This document shows, piece by piece, positions 1 to 9,277 of a DNA stretch of 38,974 nt. The DNA is taken from contig PDQT01000082.1 in the NCBI GenBank assembly GCA_002747875.1, positions 1 to 38,974 of the forward strand, read 5' to 3'. The DNA is from a bacterium DOLZORAL124_64_63. Its GTDB lineage: Bacteria > Krumholzibacteriota > Krumholzibacteriia > LZORAL124-64-63. Position 1 is the first letter of the stretch. Each line of letters opens with the position of its first letter. The translations under genes and the position numbers were made by a program. Under the pieces are notes generated by a model. That model was not told where the DNA came from. It saw only the letters and a list, made by a program, of their open reading frames with translations, and searched no databases.

Positions 1-61
1 CCGGCTTGTTCTTCATCAACTCCAGGATCTGTCTGTCCAGTGACGCATCGATATCGTACAT
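1..61 (-). CDS. 5' end of a hypothetical protein running off the left edge (MYDIDASLDRQILELMKNKP...)
   Basis: ATG at 61 preceded by a GGAGG Shine-Dalgarno; open frame to the window edge; divergent from the next gene. Confidence 0.55.
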   Translation of the reverse strand, partial: MYDIDASLDRQILELMKNKP

Positions 62-177
62 TGTTCCCTCCCGGACTGATCCGGATAAACAGGCCATTGC
101 CCCCTTTCACGGGGGGATCATCACTCTATCGACGGCTAAGGTGGTCCGTCGATTCACCGGACGCAAGGACCCTGCCC

Positions 178-744
178 ATGAACACCTTCGACCGCCCCCA
201 GCCGGGCCCTCAGCTGCCCGCCCTGATCGCCACAAGCCTGGGCATGATCGAAGATTGTGGTGGCAGCACGGACGGCCCGTGGCTGTTGGTGGACAGTGCC
301 GCGCAAGCCCTCTGGCTGGTCCGGGCAGGCCGTCCGGAACGGGGCTGGACCGTCTCCACCTCGAGTCGGGGCCTGGACAACCGGGACGGCAGCGGCGGGA
401 CCCCGCCCGGAGTGCACCGGGTGGCGCGCAAAATCGGCGCCGGGGCCGCGCCGGGAACCGTTTTCGTCAGCCGCGAACCCACCGGGGAAATCTGGTCCCC
501 GCCGACCGCCCCGGACGAAGGCGACCTCATCCTGACCCGCATCCTGGTGCTGGACGGTTGCCAGGACGGGATCAACCGCGGCGCGGGTATCGACAGCCGC
601 GCCCGCTATATCTACGTGCACGGCACCAATCATGAAGACCACCTGGGCCGGCCCGTCAGCCACGGCTGCGTGCGCATGGCCGGGGCGGACATCATGGAAG
701 TTTTCGACCTCGTGGAAGAAGGAGCTCCCCTTGTCATCGTTTGA
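178..744 (+). CDS. YkuD-family L,D-transpeptidase-fold protein without signal peptide (ElsL-like L,D-carboxypeptidase)
   Basis: YIYVHGT...LGRPVSHGCVRM catalytic His/Cys motif; GTPPG and ILTRIL motifs; ATG 178 with AAGGA RBS. Confidence 0.85.
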   Translation: MNTFDRPQPGPQLPALIATSLGMIEDCGGSTDGPWLLVDSAAQALWLVRAGRPERGWTVSTSSRGLDNRDGSGGTPPGVHRVARKIGAGAAPGTVFVSREPTGEIWSPPTAPDEGDLILTRILVLDGCQDGINRGAGIDSRARYIYVHGTNHEDHLGRPVSHGCVRMAGADIMEVFDLVEEGAPLVIV

Positions 745-2146
745 TCCCGCCGGCCGGCCCGCCTCCGAGACCTGGCTGCACTTCGCCGGCATGGCCGGCA
801 GCGGCATGAGCGCCCTGGCCCAGTTCCACGCCTTCGGCGGCGGCTTCGCCACCGGCAGCGACCGCAGCTTCGACCAGGGCCGGCGGGCCGACATCCGCGC
901 CAAGCTGGAAGGGCTGGGCATCGTGGCCGTGCCCCAGGACGGCAGCTTCCCCACCGCCGGCGGCGGGCGGCGGTGCGACGCGGTGGTCGTCAGCACGGCC
1001 GTGGAGGACAAGGTGCCGGACGTGCGCGCGGCCCGGGAGCTGGGCATCCCCATCCTGCACCGCAGCCAGCTGCTGGCCCACTACGTGGCCACCCACCGCA
1101 CCATCGCCATCACCGGCACCAGCGGCAAGAGCACCGTCACGGCCATGGTCTACTCCTTGCTGCGCGGCGCCGGCCGCCACCCTGCCCTGCTGACGGGCGG
1201 CGCGGTGGAAGAACTCATCGCCGAAGGCCACATCGGCAACGCCTTCTACCCCGCCGGGGCCACCGATCCGGCCGCCACCCTGCTGGTCATCGAGGCCGAC
1301 GAGAGCGACGGCAGCGTCGTGCGCTACCACCCCTGGCTGGGCGTGGTGCTGAATCTGGGCCTGGATCACAAGGAGCCCGCCGAGATCCTGGGCATGTTCC
1401 GCCGCTTCCGCGCCCAGACGCAGGACGGTTTCCTGCGGGGCGACCAGCCGGAACTGGCGGAGCTGAGCGGCCCCGAAACCGCTTTCGGGCTGGAGGACGG
1501 GCCGGGCCTGCGCGCCCGTGATCTGCAAACCGATGACCGGGGCACCCGTTTCACCGTGGAAGGCGTGCCCTTCCGTTTGCCGGTGCCCGGCCGCCACAAC
1601 GTGGCCAACGCCGTGGCCGCTTTGGCCGCCTGCCGCCGGGCGGGGGTGCCGCTGGAAGATATGGTGGCGCCCCTGGCCGCATTCCGCGGCGTGGCGCGGC
1701 GCTTCCAGAGCATCGGCCGGCGGCGGGGGGTGGAGGTCATCGACGACTTCGCCCACAACCCGGACAAGATCGCCGCCGCCCTGGCCACGGCCGCGGACCG
1801 CGCCCCGGGCAGGGTTCTGGCCGTCTTCCAGCCCCACGGCTTCGGCCCCACGCGCTTCCTGCGCAAGGCCTTGGTGGAAACCTTCGCCGCCAGCCTGCGG
1901 GACGGCGATGTCCTCTGGCTGCCGGAAATCTTCTTTGCCGGGGGCACGGTGCAGCGCACCATTTCTTCCCGGGATCTGGTGACGGATCTGACCGGGCGCG
2001 GCGTGGACGCCCGCTTCTGCGCCCGGCGCGAAGAATTGCCGACCATGCTGGCCGACGCCGCCCGGGAGGGGGACCTGATCCTGGTCATGGGAGCGCGGGA
2101 CCCGTCGCTGACGGCGTTTTGCGGGGATGTGCTGAAGGCTCTTTAG
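731..2146 (+). CDS. MurC/Mpl-family UDP-MurNAc peptide/amino acid ligase
   Basis: HFAGMAGSGMSALA, ITGTSGKST P-loop, EADESD, PGRHNVAN, GVARRF, DDFAHNP, FQPH; TTG 731 with AAGGAG RBS overlapping the upstream stop. Confidence 0.88.
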   Translation: MSSFDPAGRPASETWLHFAGMAGSGMSALAQFHAFGGGFATGSDRSFDQGRRADIRAKLEGLGIVAVPQDGSFPTAGGGRRCDAVVVSTAVEDKVPDVRAARELGIPILHRSQLLAHYVATHRTIAITGTSGKSTVTAMVYSLLRGAGRHPALLTGGAVEELIAEGHIGNAFYPAGATDPAATLLVIEADESDGSVVRYHPWLGVVLNLGLDHKEPAEILGMFRRFRAQTQDGFLRGDQPELAELSGPETAFGLEDGPGLRARDLQTDDRGTRFTVEGVPFRLPVPGRHNVANAVAALAACRRAGVPLEDMVAPLAAFRGVARRFQSIGRRRGVEVIDDFAHNPDKIAAALATAADRAPGRVLAVFQPHGFGPTRFLRKALVETFAASLRDGDVLWLPEIFFAGGTVQRTISSRDLVTDLTGRGVDARFCARREELPTMLADAAREGDLILVMGARDPSLTAFCGDVLKAL

Positions 2147-2190
2147 GCGGCGATATTCTGGATGGAGTGAGCACCTGAACGGAGACCCCC

Positions 2191-4011
2191 ATGTGGCGCC
2201 GCCTCAAAAAATTCCTGGACCTGTCGGCACGGCGTACCGGGCCTTTTTTCGTGATCCACCAGCGTTACCAGATCGACACCCCCTTCGCCCACTACGACCC
2301 CCGGCGCCCTTTCCGCATCCTGTCCTTCCTGGAGATGCGCCACCTGCTGCGGCGGGGCACCCTGCACCGTCCCCGTCCCGCCACCATCCCCCAACTGCAG
2401 CTGGTGCACACCCCGCAGTACCTGCGCAGCCTGGAAGCGCCCGGCGCCCTGCAGCCCATCCTGGGGGCCCATCTGGACGGCCGGGCCCAGGATCGGCTGC
2501 TCTGGTCTCAGCGCATGATGACGGGCGGAACCCTGCGCGCCGTGAGCCTGGCCACACGCCGCCGCGCGGTGGCCGTGAACCTGGGCGGCGGCTTCCACCA
2601 CGCGGCCCCGGCCGGCGGCAGCGGCTTCTGTGTCTTCAACGACGCGGCCATCGCCGTGCGCGCCCTGCGCGACAAGGGCTGGCAGGGGCGCGTCTTGATC
2701 GTGGACCTAGATCTGCATGACGGGGACGGCACCCGCGCCGTCTTCGCCGACGACGAAACCGTGCACACCTTCAGCCTGCACAACAAGACCCTGGGCCGTG
2801 CCGAGGCCAAGGCTTCCACCTGCATCGCCCTGGGCGCGGGGATCGGCGATCGGCAATACCTGACCGCCCTGCGCGCGCACCTGCCGGCGGTCTTCGCCGC
2901 GCACCGGCCCGACCTTGTCATCTACCTGGCCGGCAGCGACCCTGGGGCCCGCGACAAGCTGGGCGACTGGCACATCAGCCTGGACGGGATGCTGGCAAGG
3001 GACCGCTTCGTCATGGATCTGGTCCGCCCGGCCCAAGGGCCGAGCACACCCTGCGTCATCCTGCTGGCCGGCGGTTACGGGCTGCACGCCTGGCGGCATG
3101 GAGCGGCCTTCTTCCATTGGCTGCTCAGCGGCCGGCAGGAAATCGACATCCCCCTGGAAATGGAACTGCCCGTGGGCCATTACCGGCGCCTGAGCAAGCT
3201 CATGAGCCGGCCGGATCCCGCCCTGTCGGGCCGGCCCGCCGACGGCGATGACGCCGACGGCGATGACTGGGGCTTGAGCGCGGAGGAACTGGGCATGCCC
3301 GGCGCGCCCCCCAGCACCCTCTTTCTGGGCACCTTCAGCCGCTACGCCGTGGAGTACGCCATGGTGGAGTTCGGGCTCATGAAAAGACTGCACCGGCTGG
3401 GTTTCAAGGAGCTGCGCACCCACATTGACCTGGATGATCCCCTGGGGCACACCATCCGCGTCCAGAACGGCGGCGAGCACTCCCTGGTGGTCATGGAACT
3501 GAAGCTGCGCGTGGACCGGCAGGCGTTGCCGGGGCGCGGGGTGCTGGTCATCGAGTGGCTGCTGCTGCAGGACCATCGTTCCCGTTACGAGATGTCCCGC
3601 CCCCTCTTGCCGGGCCAGAAGCATCCGGGCCTGGGCCTGCTGCGCCACGTGACCGCCGTGCTGGTGGTGCTTTGTGAGCGGCTGGATCTGGACGGCCTGT
3701 ACTTCACGCCCAGCCACTACCATCTGGCCAGCCTTGCCCGACCGTTGGCCATGTCCCCGGATCCGGTCCGCGAGGGCCGCTTCCGGGCCTTGCAGAATGC
3801 CCTCAAAGGTATCGAGCTGCGGCGGGCCGGGCTGGCGGTGGAAGAGGGACGCGTGCGGAATGAGACGAAGGGCCGGCCCCTGGTCTGGGAACCGACCCCT
3901 CTGGTGATACCCGTGCGCCCCGACTGGAAGGCGGAATTCGCCGCGCCCGCCTATCAGGAGGCCCTGCAAGAAGCTGAGCAGGCCTCCTCCTTCGCCCTCT
4001 TGCCCGAATGA
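2191..4011 (+). CDS. Zn-dependent histone deacetylase-family (HDAC/AcuC) protein with an additional C-terminal domain
   Basis: GGGFHHA, GFCVFND, DLDLHDGDG, AGSDP..D.LG and GGY motifs in the first ~310 aa; ~240-aa extra C-terminal domain after an acidic linker. Confidence 0.88.
   Translation: MWRRLKKFLDLSARRTGPFFVIHQRYQIDTPFAHYDPRRPFRILSFLEMRHLLRRGTLHRPRPATIPQLQLVHTPQYLRSLEAPGALQPILGAHLDGRAQDRLLWSQRMMTGGTLRAVSLATRRRAVAVNLGGGFHHAAPAGGSGFCVFNDAAIAVRALRDKGWQGRVLIVDLDLHDGDGTRAVFADDETVHTFSLHNKTLGRAEAKASTCIALGAGIGDRQYLTALRAHLPAVFAAHRPDLVIYLAGSDPGARDKLGDWHISLDGMLARDRFVMDLVRPAQGPSTPCVILLAGGYGLHAWRHGAAFFHWLLSGRQEIDIPLEMELPVGHYRRLSKLMSRPDPALSGRPADGDDADGDDWGLSAEELGMPGAPPSTLFLGTFSRYAVEYAMVEFGLMKRLHRLGFKELRTHIDLDDPLGHTIRVQNGGEHSLVVMELKLRVDRQALPGRGVLVIEWLLLQDHRSRYEMSRPLLPGQKHPGLGLLRHVTAVLVVLCERLDLDGLYFTPSHYHLASLARPLAMSPDPVREGRFRALQNALKGIELRRAGLAVEEGRVRNETKGRPLVWEPTPLVIPVRPDWKAEFAAPAYQEALQEAEQASSFALLPE
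3237..3267. repeat. Perfect 15-bp tandem duplication (ADGDD ADGDD) in the HDAC linker
   Basis: CGCCGACGGCGATGA x2. Confidence 0.9.
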
Positions 4012-4020
4012 TCCGGACCT

Positions 4021-4584
4021 CTAGTGCATCAGAAGGCGGCTGGTCAGGATGATGGATTCCAGGATCAGCACCCCGATCATGGCCTTCTGCCGGGCCGTGC
4101 GCCCGAAGGCGCGAACCTGCCCCAGCGCCACGTTCAGCGGATGGTTGGAGGCCAGATCCGCGATCACCGGCGGGCGCTCCTTCTCGTACAGGGCGTAACC
4201 GGCCTCCAGAAGCGGATTGTCGGGAGCCAGCTTCTTGGCCTTCATCAGATAGCGATACCCCTGCTCCAGCTTGGAGCCCAGCAGGTGCACGTAGGCCAGG
4301 GCGAAATACCCTCCCGGCTTCTGGGGTGCCAGGCGCACCGCTTCGGCGGCCATCTTCGTGGCCGAGACATAACGGCCCGTGGATTCGGCCACGATGATGG
4401 CCAAACCCGCCAGAGCATCCGCATCCCGCGGATTCTCCCGCAAAAGCCTCTGAAAACGTTCCTCCGCGCCGGCCCGATCGCCCTGAAAATAGAGCTCGTA
4501 TGCCGCCGCCGCCTTGGGGTTGGTTTGGAGAGTCTGTCTCAGGGAACCCTCACCCAGACCGAGAAGTTTTTTGAAATCACTCAT
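4021..4584 (-). CDS. Tetratricopeptide-repeat protein with a C-terminal hydrophobic segment
   Basis: TPR-like helices (AEERFQRLLRENPRDADALAGLA; AAEAVRLAP..GYFALA; KAKKLAPDN); ATG 4584 with AAGGA RBS. Confidence 0.75.
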   Translation of the reverse strand: MSDFKKLLGLGEGSLRQTLQTNPKAAAAYELYFQGDRAGAEERFQRLLRENPRDADALAGLAIIVAESTGRYVSATKMAAEAVRLAPQKPGGYFALAYVHLLGSKLEQGYRYLMKAKKLAPDNPLLEAGYALYEKERPPVIADLASNHPLNVALGQVRAFGRTARQKAMIGVLILESIILTSRLLMH

Positions 4585-4716
4585 GGCTGTTTCCTTGTCG
4601 GGCAAATTGCCCATCCCCGCCGTGCGCTTTTTCCGTGGCCGCTTTCCTGATCAGGACCACTGTTCCTTATTGTCCCCCGTGCCATCCGGCTAAAGGCAAT
4701 ACTGCACTTTCCGGTC

Positions 4717-7263
4717 CTACTCCCCCCAGCGCTCCTCCCAGGCCTCCGGCCGATGGCGGCAATATCGGTCAAACCATTCCAGGATCATCTGGCGATGCGC
4801 CACCAGATTTTCCCAGTCGCCGGCAATACCGTGGTCCTCGCCCGGGAAAAGCACCAGCTCCACCGGCCGGTCCAGCACCGACAGGGCCGTGAAAAGCTGA
4901 TCCGATTCGCCCGGCGTCACGTTGGCGTCGTCTTGCCCATGCAGCAGCAGCAAAGGCGTGTGGATGCGATCGGCCCGGAAGAGAGGAGAGTGGGCGATGA
5001 AATATTGGGAATCGCTCCAGGGAAAACGTCCGCCCAGAGCCATGTCCCCGTAGGTCCAACCCCAGGTCCCCTGCCCCCAGTAGGTGGCCAGATCGCTGAT
5101 GCCGTACATGGACACCGCCGCGGCGAAGATATCCGTGGCCGTCACCAGATACTCCGTCATGAAGCCACCATAACTGCCCCCGTAGATGCCGATGCCGTCG
5201 GCATCCAGCCACCGGTGGCGTGCCAGGATGGCTTCGGTGGCGGCGATGATGTCCGCCGCCGCCACCGGGCCCCAATCGCCGGCGTGGAAGTCGGCATAGG
5301 CATCGCCAAAGCCGTAGGCGCCCCTGGGGTTCACCACGAGAACCCCGTACCCGTTGGCCGCGAAGAACTGATGGGTGCCGTTGAAACCACGCAGGGTGGG
5401 GGTGGAACCGGCATAGTAATAGACCACCAGGGGGACCTTCCCGGTATCCGGCGCGCCATACCGCATGGCGCCTTCAGCGGTGCTGACCAACGGGGGGTAG
5501 AACCAGGCGTCGATCTTCGTGCCCTCGGCGTTCCTGAAGGAGGCATCCTGGGCGCCCCCCCACAGGAAATGCTCCCGGGCGTGGGCGTCTTCCACCAGCT
5601 TGCCCTTCCGGCCGGCGCGAGCCTGGTACAGCCGGGAAGGCTGATCAAAGGTGCTGGCGGTGTAAAGCAGGCACCGACCGTTCGGGCTGACGGCCAGCGC
5701 GCCCAGGTCGTCCCCCGCCGTCGGCAGCACCTCCACGGACCAGTCCCGCGCGGGATCCACCCGGGTCAGCAACGTGCGGCCGGCGCGGACCGCCTTGACC
5801 AGCAACCGCCCTTCGGCATCGCACAGGGGCAAACCGCCGCCGCTCTCAAAAGCGAAAGCCTGCCCCCGGGTTCGGCGCTGGAACTGCCCGCCGGCCAGGT
5901 CCAGGCTCCAGATCTGCTTGTTGTAGACGTTATGCTCCTTGCGGCCGCCGCCCACTTCCTCCGGCGGGCCCAGGAAGATGAGGGTGCCCCCGTCCGGCGT
6001 CAGGCTCAGGCCCTGGGGGCGCACCTCCCAGCCGCCGGTGAAGCGGGCCAGTTCCTGGTCCTGGCCGGTGGCCAGATCCAGCCGTCGGAGCTCGCTGTGG
6101 AACCAGGGCCGCGGCACTTGGTGGCGGGTTTGGGCGTAGTAGACGCTGCGCCCTTCGGGACCGAAGACGGCATCGTCCAGAACCCGGTCTCCCGGCAGGG
6201 TCAGCACGCGGCGCGCGCCCGTGGCCACTTCCAGCAGGTGCAGATGGGGAACCGGCGTGAAATCCGCGACCCGCTCTCGCAGATGGGCGTAGCGGCGCGG
6301 GCCATCGGGCACCTCATCCTCCTCGAACGCCCGCCCGGAGCTGAAGAGCAGGAAGCGGCCATCCGGGCTGAAGCGCACCAGGCCCAGACCGGGTTCGTCG
6401 CGCAGCAACGTGCGCATGGCTCCACCGGAGCCGGTCCACAGAAGCAGGTCCGTGCCTTCATCTCCGGCGCGGCGCAGCAGCAGATTGCGACTGCCCGGCT
6501 GGAAAGCCAGGGGCCGGGCCTGCGGACCGCCCAGGTCCGCCGCCAGCACCCGGCCATCGGCGGCCAGCAAATCCAGCCGGCCCAGTTCGGGCTGACGGCG
6601 GCTGAGACGACGGGCCAGAACCTTACCGTCATCGCTGATGGCCAAAGAAGCGGTGCGGGTCAGGCCGGCCAGCTGTTCGAAGCGCGTCACCGGAATCTGC
6701 TCATCCAGAGAAAAACTCAGGACCCCGGCCGGCGCCTTTCCTTCCAGGCGACCATCGCCCGCGCTCCGAGCCTGGATGACATACACCCCGGCCGGCAGGG
6801 TTCGGGTGGAAGCCGGAACCCCGTCCTCTCCCGTTTCCAGATCCCATGGCCGGCCGGCGACAAAGAGCAGATCCGCGCCGGCCAGCCGCAGGGTGACTTC
6901 AGCCCGCCGCGCCAAGCGCATGACCACCGCCTGCCAGCGGGAAGCCTCCTCGGGCAGCGCAGAGCCATCGGCCACCTCCCGCAACCGCCAACTCAGCGCG
7001 TGGCCGGGTACCAGAGAAATCTGCTGTCCCTCTCGGGGCAGGACATCGCACGGCGGAATTTCCGGCACGGGAACGGTGTGTCCCCGGGGAAAGACCTCGT
7101 CCAGCGGATCCGGTATGGCGGGCAGAGGCCCCAGAACCAGCACCTCGGCAGGCCGCACCGTGGACAGGGAATCCTCCGGCGCGGTCACCGTGGCGACGGC
7201 TGTGCCGCAAAACAGGATGAACAGACAAACGAGGACCCCGCGGCCCGCTGCGATGGGATTCAT
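4717..7263 (-). CDS. Exported S9-family (prolyl oligopeptidase/acylaminoacyl) peptidase with beta-propeller
   Basis: Signal peptide; PD40-like FSPDGR repeats; GGSYGG nucleophile, HGQDDANV Asp and GEDHG His. Confidence 0.92.
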   Translation of the reverse strand: MNPIAAGRGVLVCLFILFCGTAVATVTAPEDSLSTVRPAEVLVLGPLPAIPDPLDEVFPRGHTVPVPEIPPCDVLPREGQQISLVPGHALSWRLREVADGSALPEEASRWQAVVMRLARRAEVTLRLAGADLLFVAGRPWDLETGEDGVPASTRTLPAGVYVIQARSAGDGRLEGKAPAGVLSFSLDEQIPVTRFEQLAGLTRTASLAISDDGKVLARRLSRRQPELGRLDLLAADGRVLAADLGGPQARPLAFQPGSRNLLLRRAGDEGTDLLLWTGSGGAMRTLLRDEPGLGLVRFSPDGRFLLFSSGRAFEEDEVPDGPRRYAHLRERVADFTPVPHLHLLEVATGARRVLTLPGDRVLDDAVFGPEGRSVYYAQTRHQVPRPWFHSELRRLDLATGQDQELARFTGGWEVRPQGLSLTPDGGTLIFLGPPEEVGGGRKEHNVYNKQIWSLDLAGGQFQRRTRGQAFAFESGGGLPLCDAEGRLLVKAVRAGRTLLTRVDPARDWSVEVLPTAGDDLGALAVSPNGRCLLYTASTFDQPSRLYQARAGRKGKLVEDAHAREHFLWGGAQDASFRNAEGTKIDAWFYPPLVSTAEGAMRYGAPDTGKVPLVVYYYAGSTPTLRGFNGTHQFFAANGYGVLVVNPRGAYGFGDAYADFHAGDWGPVAAADIIAATEAILARHRWLDADGIGIYGGSYGGFMTEYLVTATDIFAAAVSMYGISDLATYWGQGTWGWTYGDMALGGRFPWSDSQYFIAHSPLFRADRIHTPLLLLHGQDDANVTPGESDQLFTALSVLDRPVELVLFPGEDHGIAGDWENLVAHRQMILEWFDRYCRHRPEAWEERWGE

Positions 7264-7444
7264 GACGCCTCCGGCGGTTGAGAGATGGTCGGGGCCCGTC
7301 GCCCCCGAATCATGGCCAAGATGGACGATATAATATGGTATCCAAATCGGACCTTGCGAAGGCTCCGGTTTTCTTTATCGTGTCCCCCCGGAGAAGCCCT
7401 GCAACGCCAACGCGCGTCGCCTCAGTATTCCAGGAAGGATCCAA

Positions 7445-7762
7445 ATGGGAATCCAGAAACGTTTTTTGAAGAGCCGGCCGGTGAGCAAGGTCACCTTCCG
7501 GTTGCCCCGGGAAGCCGCCCCCAAGGCTCTATCCGTCCACCTCGTGGGTGATTTCAACGACTGGGATAAATCCAGTTTGCCCATGACTCGCCTGAAGAGC
7601 GGGGAATTCAAGCTGACTTTGGACCTGCCTGTCGGCCGAGAGTACAGCTTCCGCTACCTGATCCACGACCAGGAGGGGTCCAGCTGGGAAAACGACTGGT
7701 CTGCGGATCATTATGTGCCCAGCGGGATCGGCGGAGAGGACAACAGCGTCGTTTCGCTTTAG
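7445..7762 (+). CDS. Stand-alone CBM48/isoamylase early-set (glycogen-binding) domain protein
   Basis: VTFRLP..A..VHLVGDFNDW...M....GEF...L.L..GREYSFRYL...WEND..AD pattern. Confidence 0.88.
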   Translation: MGIQKRFLKSRPVSKVTFRLPREAAPKALSVHLVGDFNDWDKSSLPMTRLKSGEFKLTLDLPVGREYSFRYLIHDQEGSSWENDWSADHYVPSGIGGEDNSVVSL

Positions 7763-8065
7763 ACCCGCCCCGCGAAATTCTGCACCTGCCAATGGTTTTG
7801 CCTTGTGATCCCTCGGAGCTTGTTCTCCGGGGGATTTTCGTGCCCGCCCGGGCTAACGGATGAACACATTATGGACTTCTCCGGCCAGGCCGTCGGTATG
7901 GTCTTCATGACCCGGGACATCAGCAAACAGCAAGCCCGGATGGCCGCCGGCGGCAAGGAGATCGCGGATGCGGGCGAGGACCTGGTTTTTCCGGCGCGCG
8001 GGTGCCATTATGGGCGGGCCGTGAGCCCTGCCCTGACAACCCGTTCGCTTCAGGAAAAGAGGAGC

Positions 8066-8734
8066 ATGTTCCAGAGGAAACCCCTGCGTGAGGATGTGCA
8101 GGAGGAAATCCAGCGCCGCATCATCGACGGCCGGCTTCCCGCCGGCACCCGCATCAACGAAACCCATCTCTCCGCCGAGCTGGGCCTGAGCCGCACGCCC
8201 CTGCGCGAGGCCATGTTGACCATGAGCGCCCGAGGATTTCTGGTCTCCGTCATGGGGCGGGGTTTCGCCGTCCCCCCCCTGGAAACGTCTCGTTGGCGGG
8301 ACCTGCAGGAAATCTTGCAGGGCCTGGAACCCGCCGCCCTGCTCATGGGAGGCCCCCTCGCGCCCGGCACGGTGATGGAACTGGGGAACCTGATCCAACG
8401 CGCCGGCCTGCGCTTGGAAAGCCCGGCGGGCCCGGAACAGGCCAAGGTCCAGGCACAGCTGGTGGAGGGCTTCTCCCATCTGGCTCTGGGACATTCCCCC
8501 AACCGCATCATGCGTGAGGAAATCGGCCGTCTGCAGGCCCTGGCGGCGCCCTACTGGTTCGCCGCAGGTCTCAGGGGACAACCCGGCCAGGTTTTATTAT
8601 CATGTTACAGAAACGTCTATGAGCATATACGGAACGGCAGAGTCCATGATGCCGGGTCCGCCTGGGCTGAACTCATTGAACGCTTCAAGGAACCTCTGGC
8701 CACGGGCTTGAGCCAGTCCGCCGGCGCAGACTAA
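8066..8734 (+). CDS. GntR-family (FCD-type) transcriptional regulator
   Basis: IIDGRLPAGTRINETHLSAELGLSRTPLREAM winged HTH; ATG 8066 with GAGGAG RBS. Confidence 0.88.
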   Translation: MFQRKPLREDVQEEIQRRIIDGRLPAGTRINETHLSAELGLSRTPLREAMLTMSARGFLVSVMGRGFAVPPLETSRWRDLQEILQGLEPAALLMGGPLAPGTVMELGNLIQRAGLRLESPAGPEQAKVQAQLVEGFSHLALGHSPNRIMREEIGRLQALAAPYWFAAGLRGQPGQVLLSCYRNVYEHIRNGRVHDAGSAWAELIERFKEPLATGLSQSAGAD

Positions 8735-8766
8735 TCCGGCTGTTTCGGTCGGCAGGAGGACGTGGC

Positions 8767-9246
8767 TTGACACTGGATCTGAACATCAACGGCGTGGCGT
8801 TGCGGCCCGGGGTTCCGGTCGACCCATCGGATTTGCGGGACAACGGGTTCCGTAAGGTGGGACTGCTCAAGCGGCTGGTCAAACGGCCACCCGGCGGGGG
8901 GGATATCTTTCTGGCGGAGAACTGTGAGGCCACCTGCTTCCGGGGGAATTTCAATCTCTATCCCTGCACCCACAGCTACCTGAACCGGGACCGCCAGTGG
9001 CAAACCCAGGCCACCGTCCAGGTGGTGGACGGGAAGGTGCAGCGCGTCACCCTACAGGTCCTGGGTGGCCTGTACGCCGCCCCCAACTACATGAGCAAAT
9101 TCGAAGAACTGTGCACCCAACATATGGGCCAACCCCAGCCCAGCGATTCCGGCGCTCTGGTGTGGAAAAAGAAGAAACTGGCTCTGCAAGGTTATCTGCA
9201 GCGGGATCGTATCAACGCGGATTTCATCATCGAATATCAGGGCTGA
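8767..9246 (+). CDS. Hypothetical protein (159 aa)
   Basis: TTG start with AGGAGG RBS; globular composition; codon usage like neighbouring genes. Confidence 0.7.
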   Translation: MTLDLNINGVALRPGVPVDPSDLRDNGFRKVGLLKRLVKRPPGGGDIFLAENCEATCFRGNFNLYPCTHSYLNRDRQWQTQATVQVVDGKVQRVTLQVLGGLYAAPNYMSKFEELCTQHMGQPQPSDSGALVWKKKKLALQGYLQRDRINADFIIEYQG

Positions 9247-9277
9247 TTTTCACCAACCGCGGCAGCACCTTCGTGGC

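Noticed and set aside
4753-7281. 842-aa ORF antisense to the S9 peptidase (similar cases: 12357-14018, 17128-18981, 18988-20331, 24818-26329)
   Set aside because: Stop-poor shadow frames expected in high-GC coding DNA; no motifs; the opposite strand carries a clear family signature.
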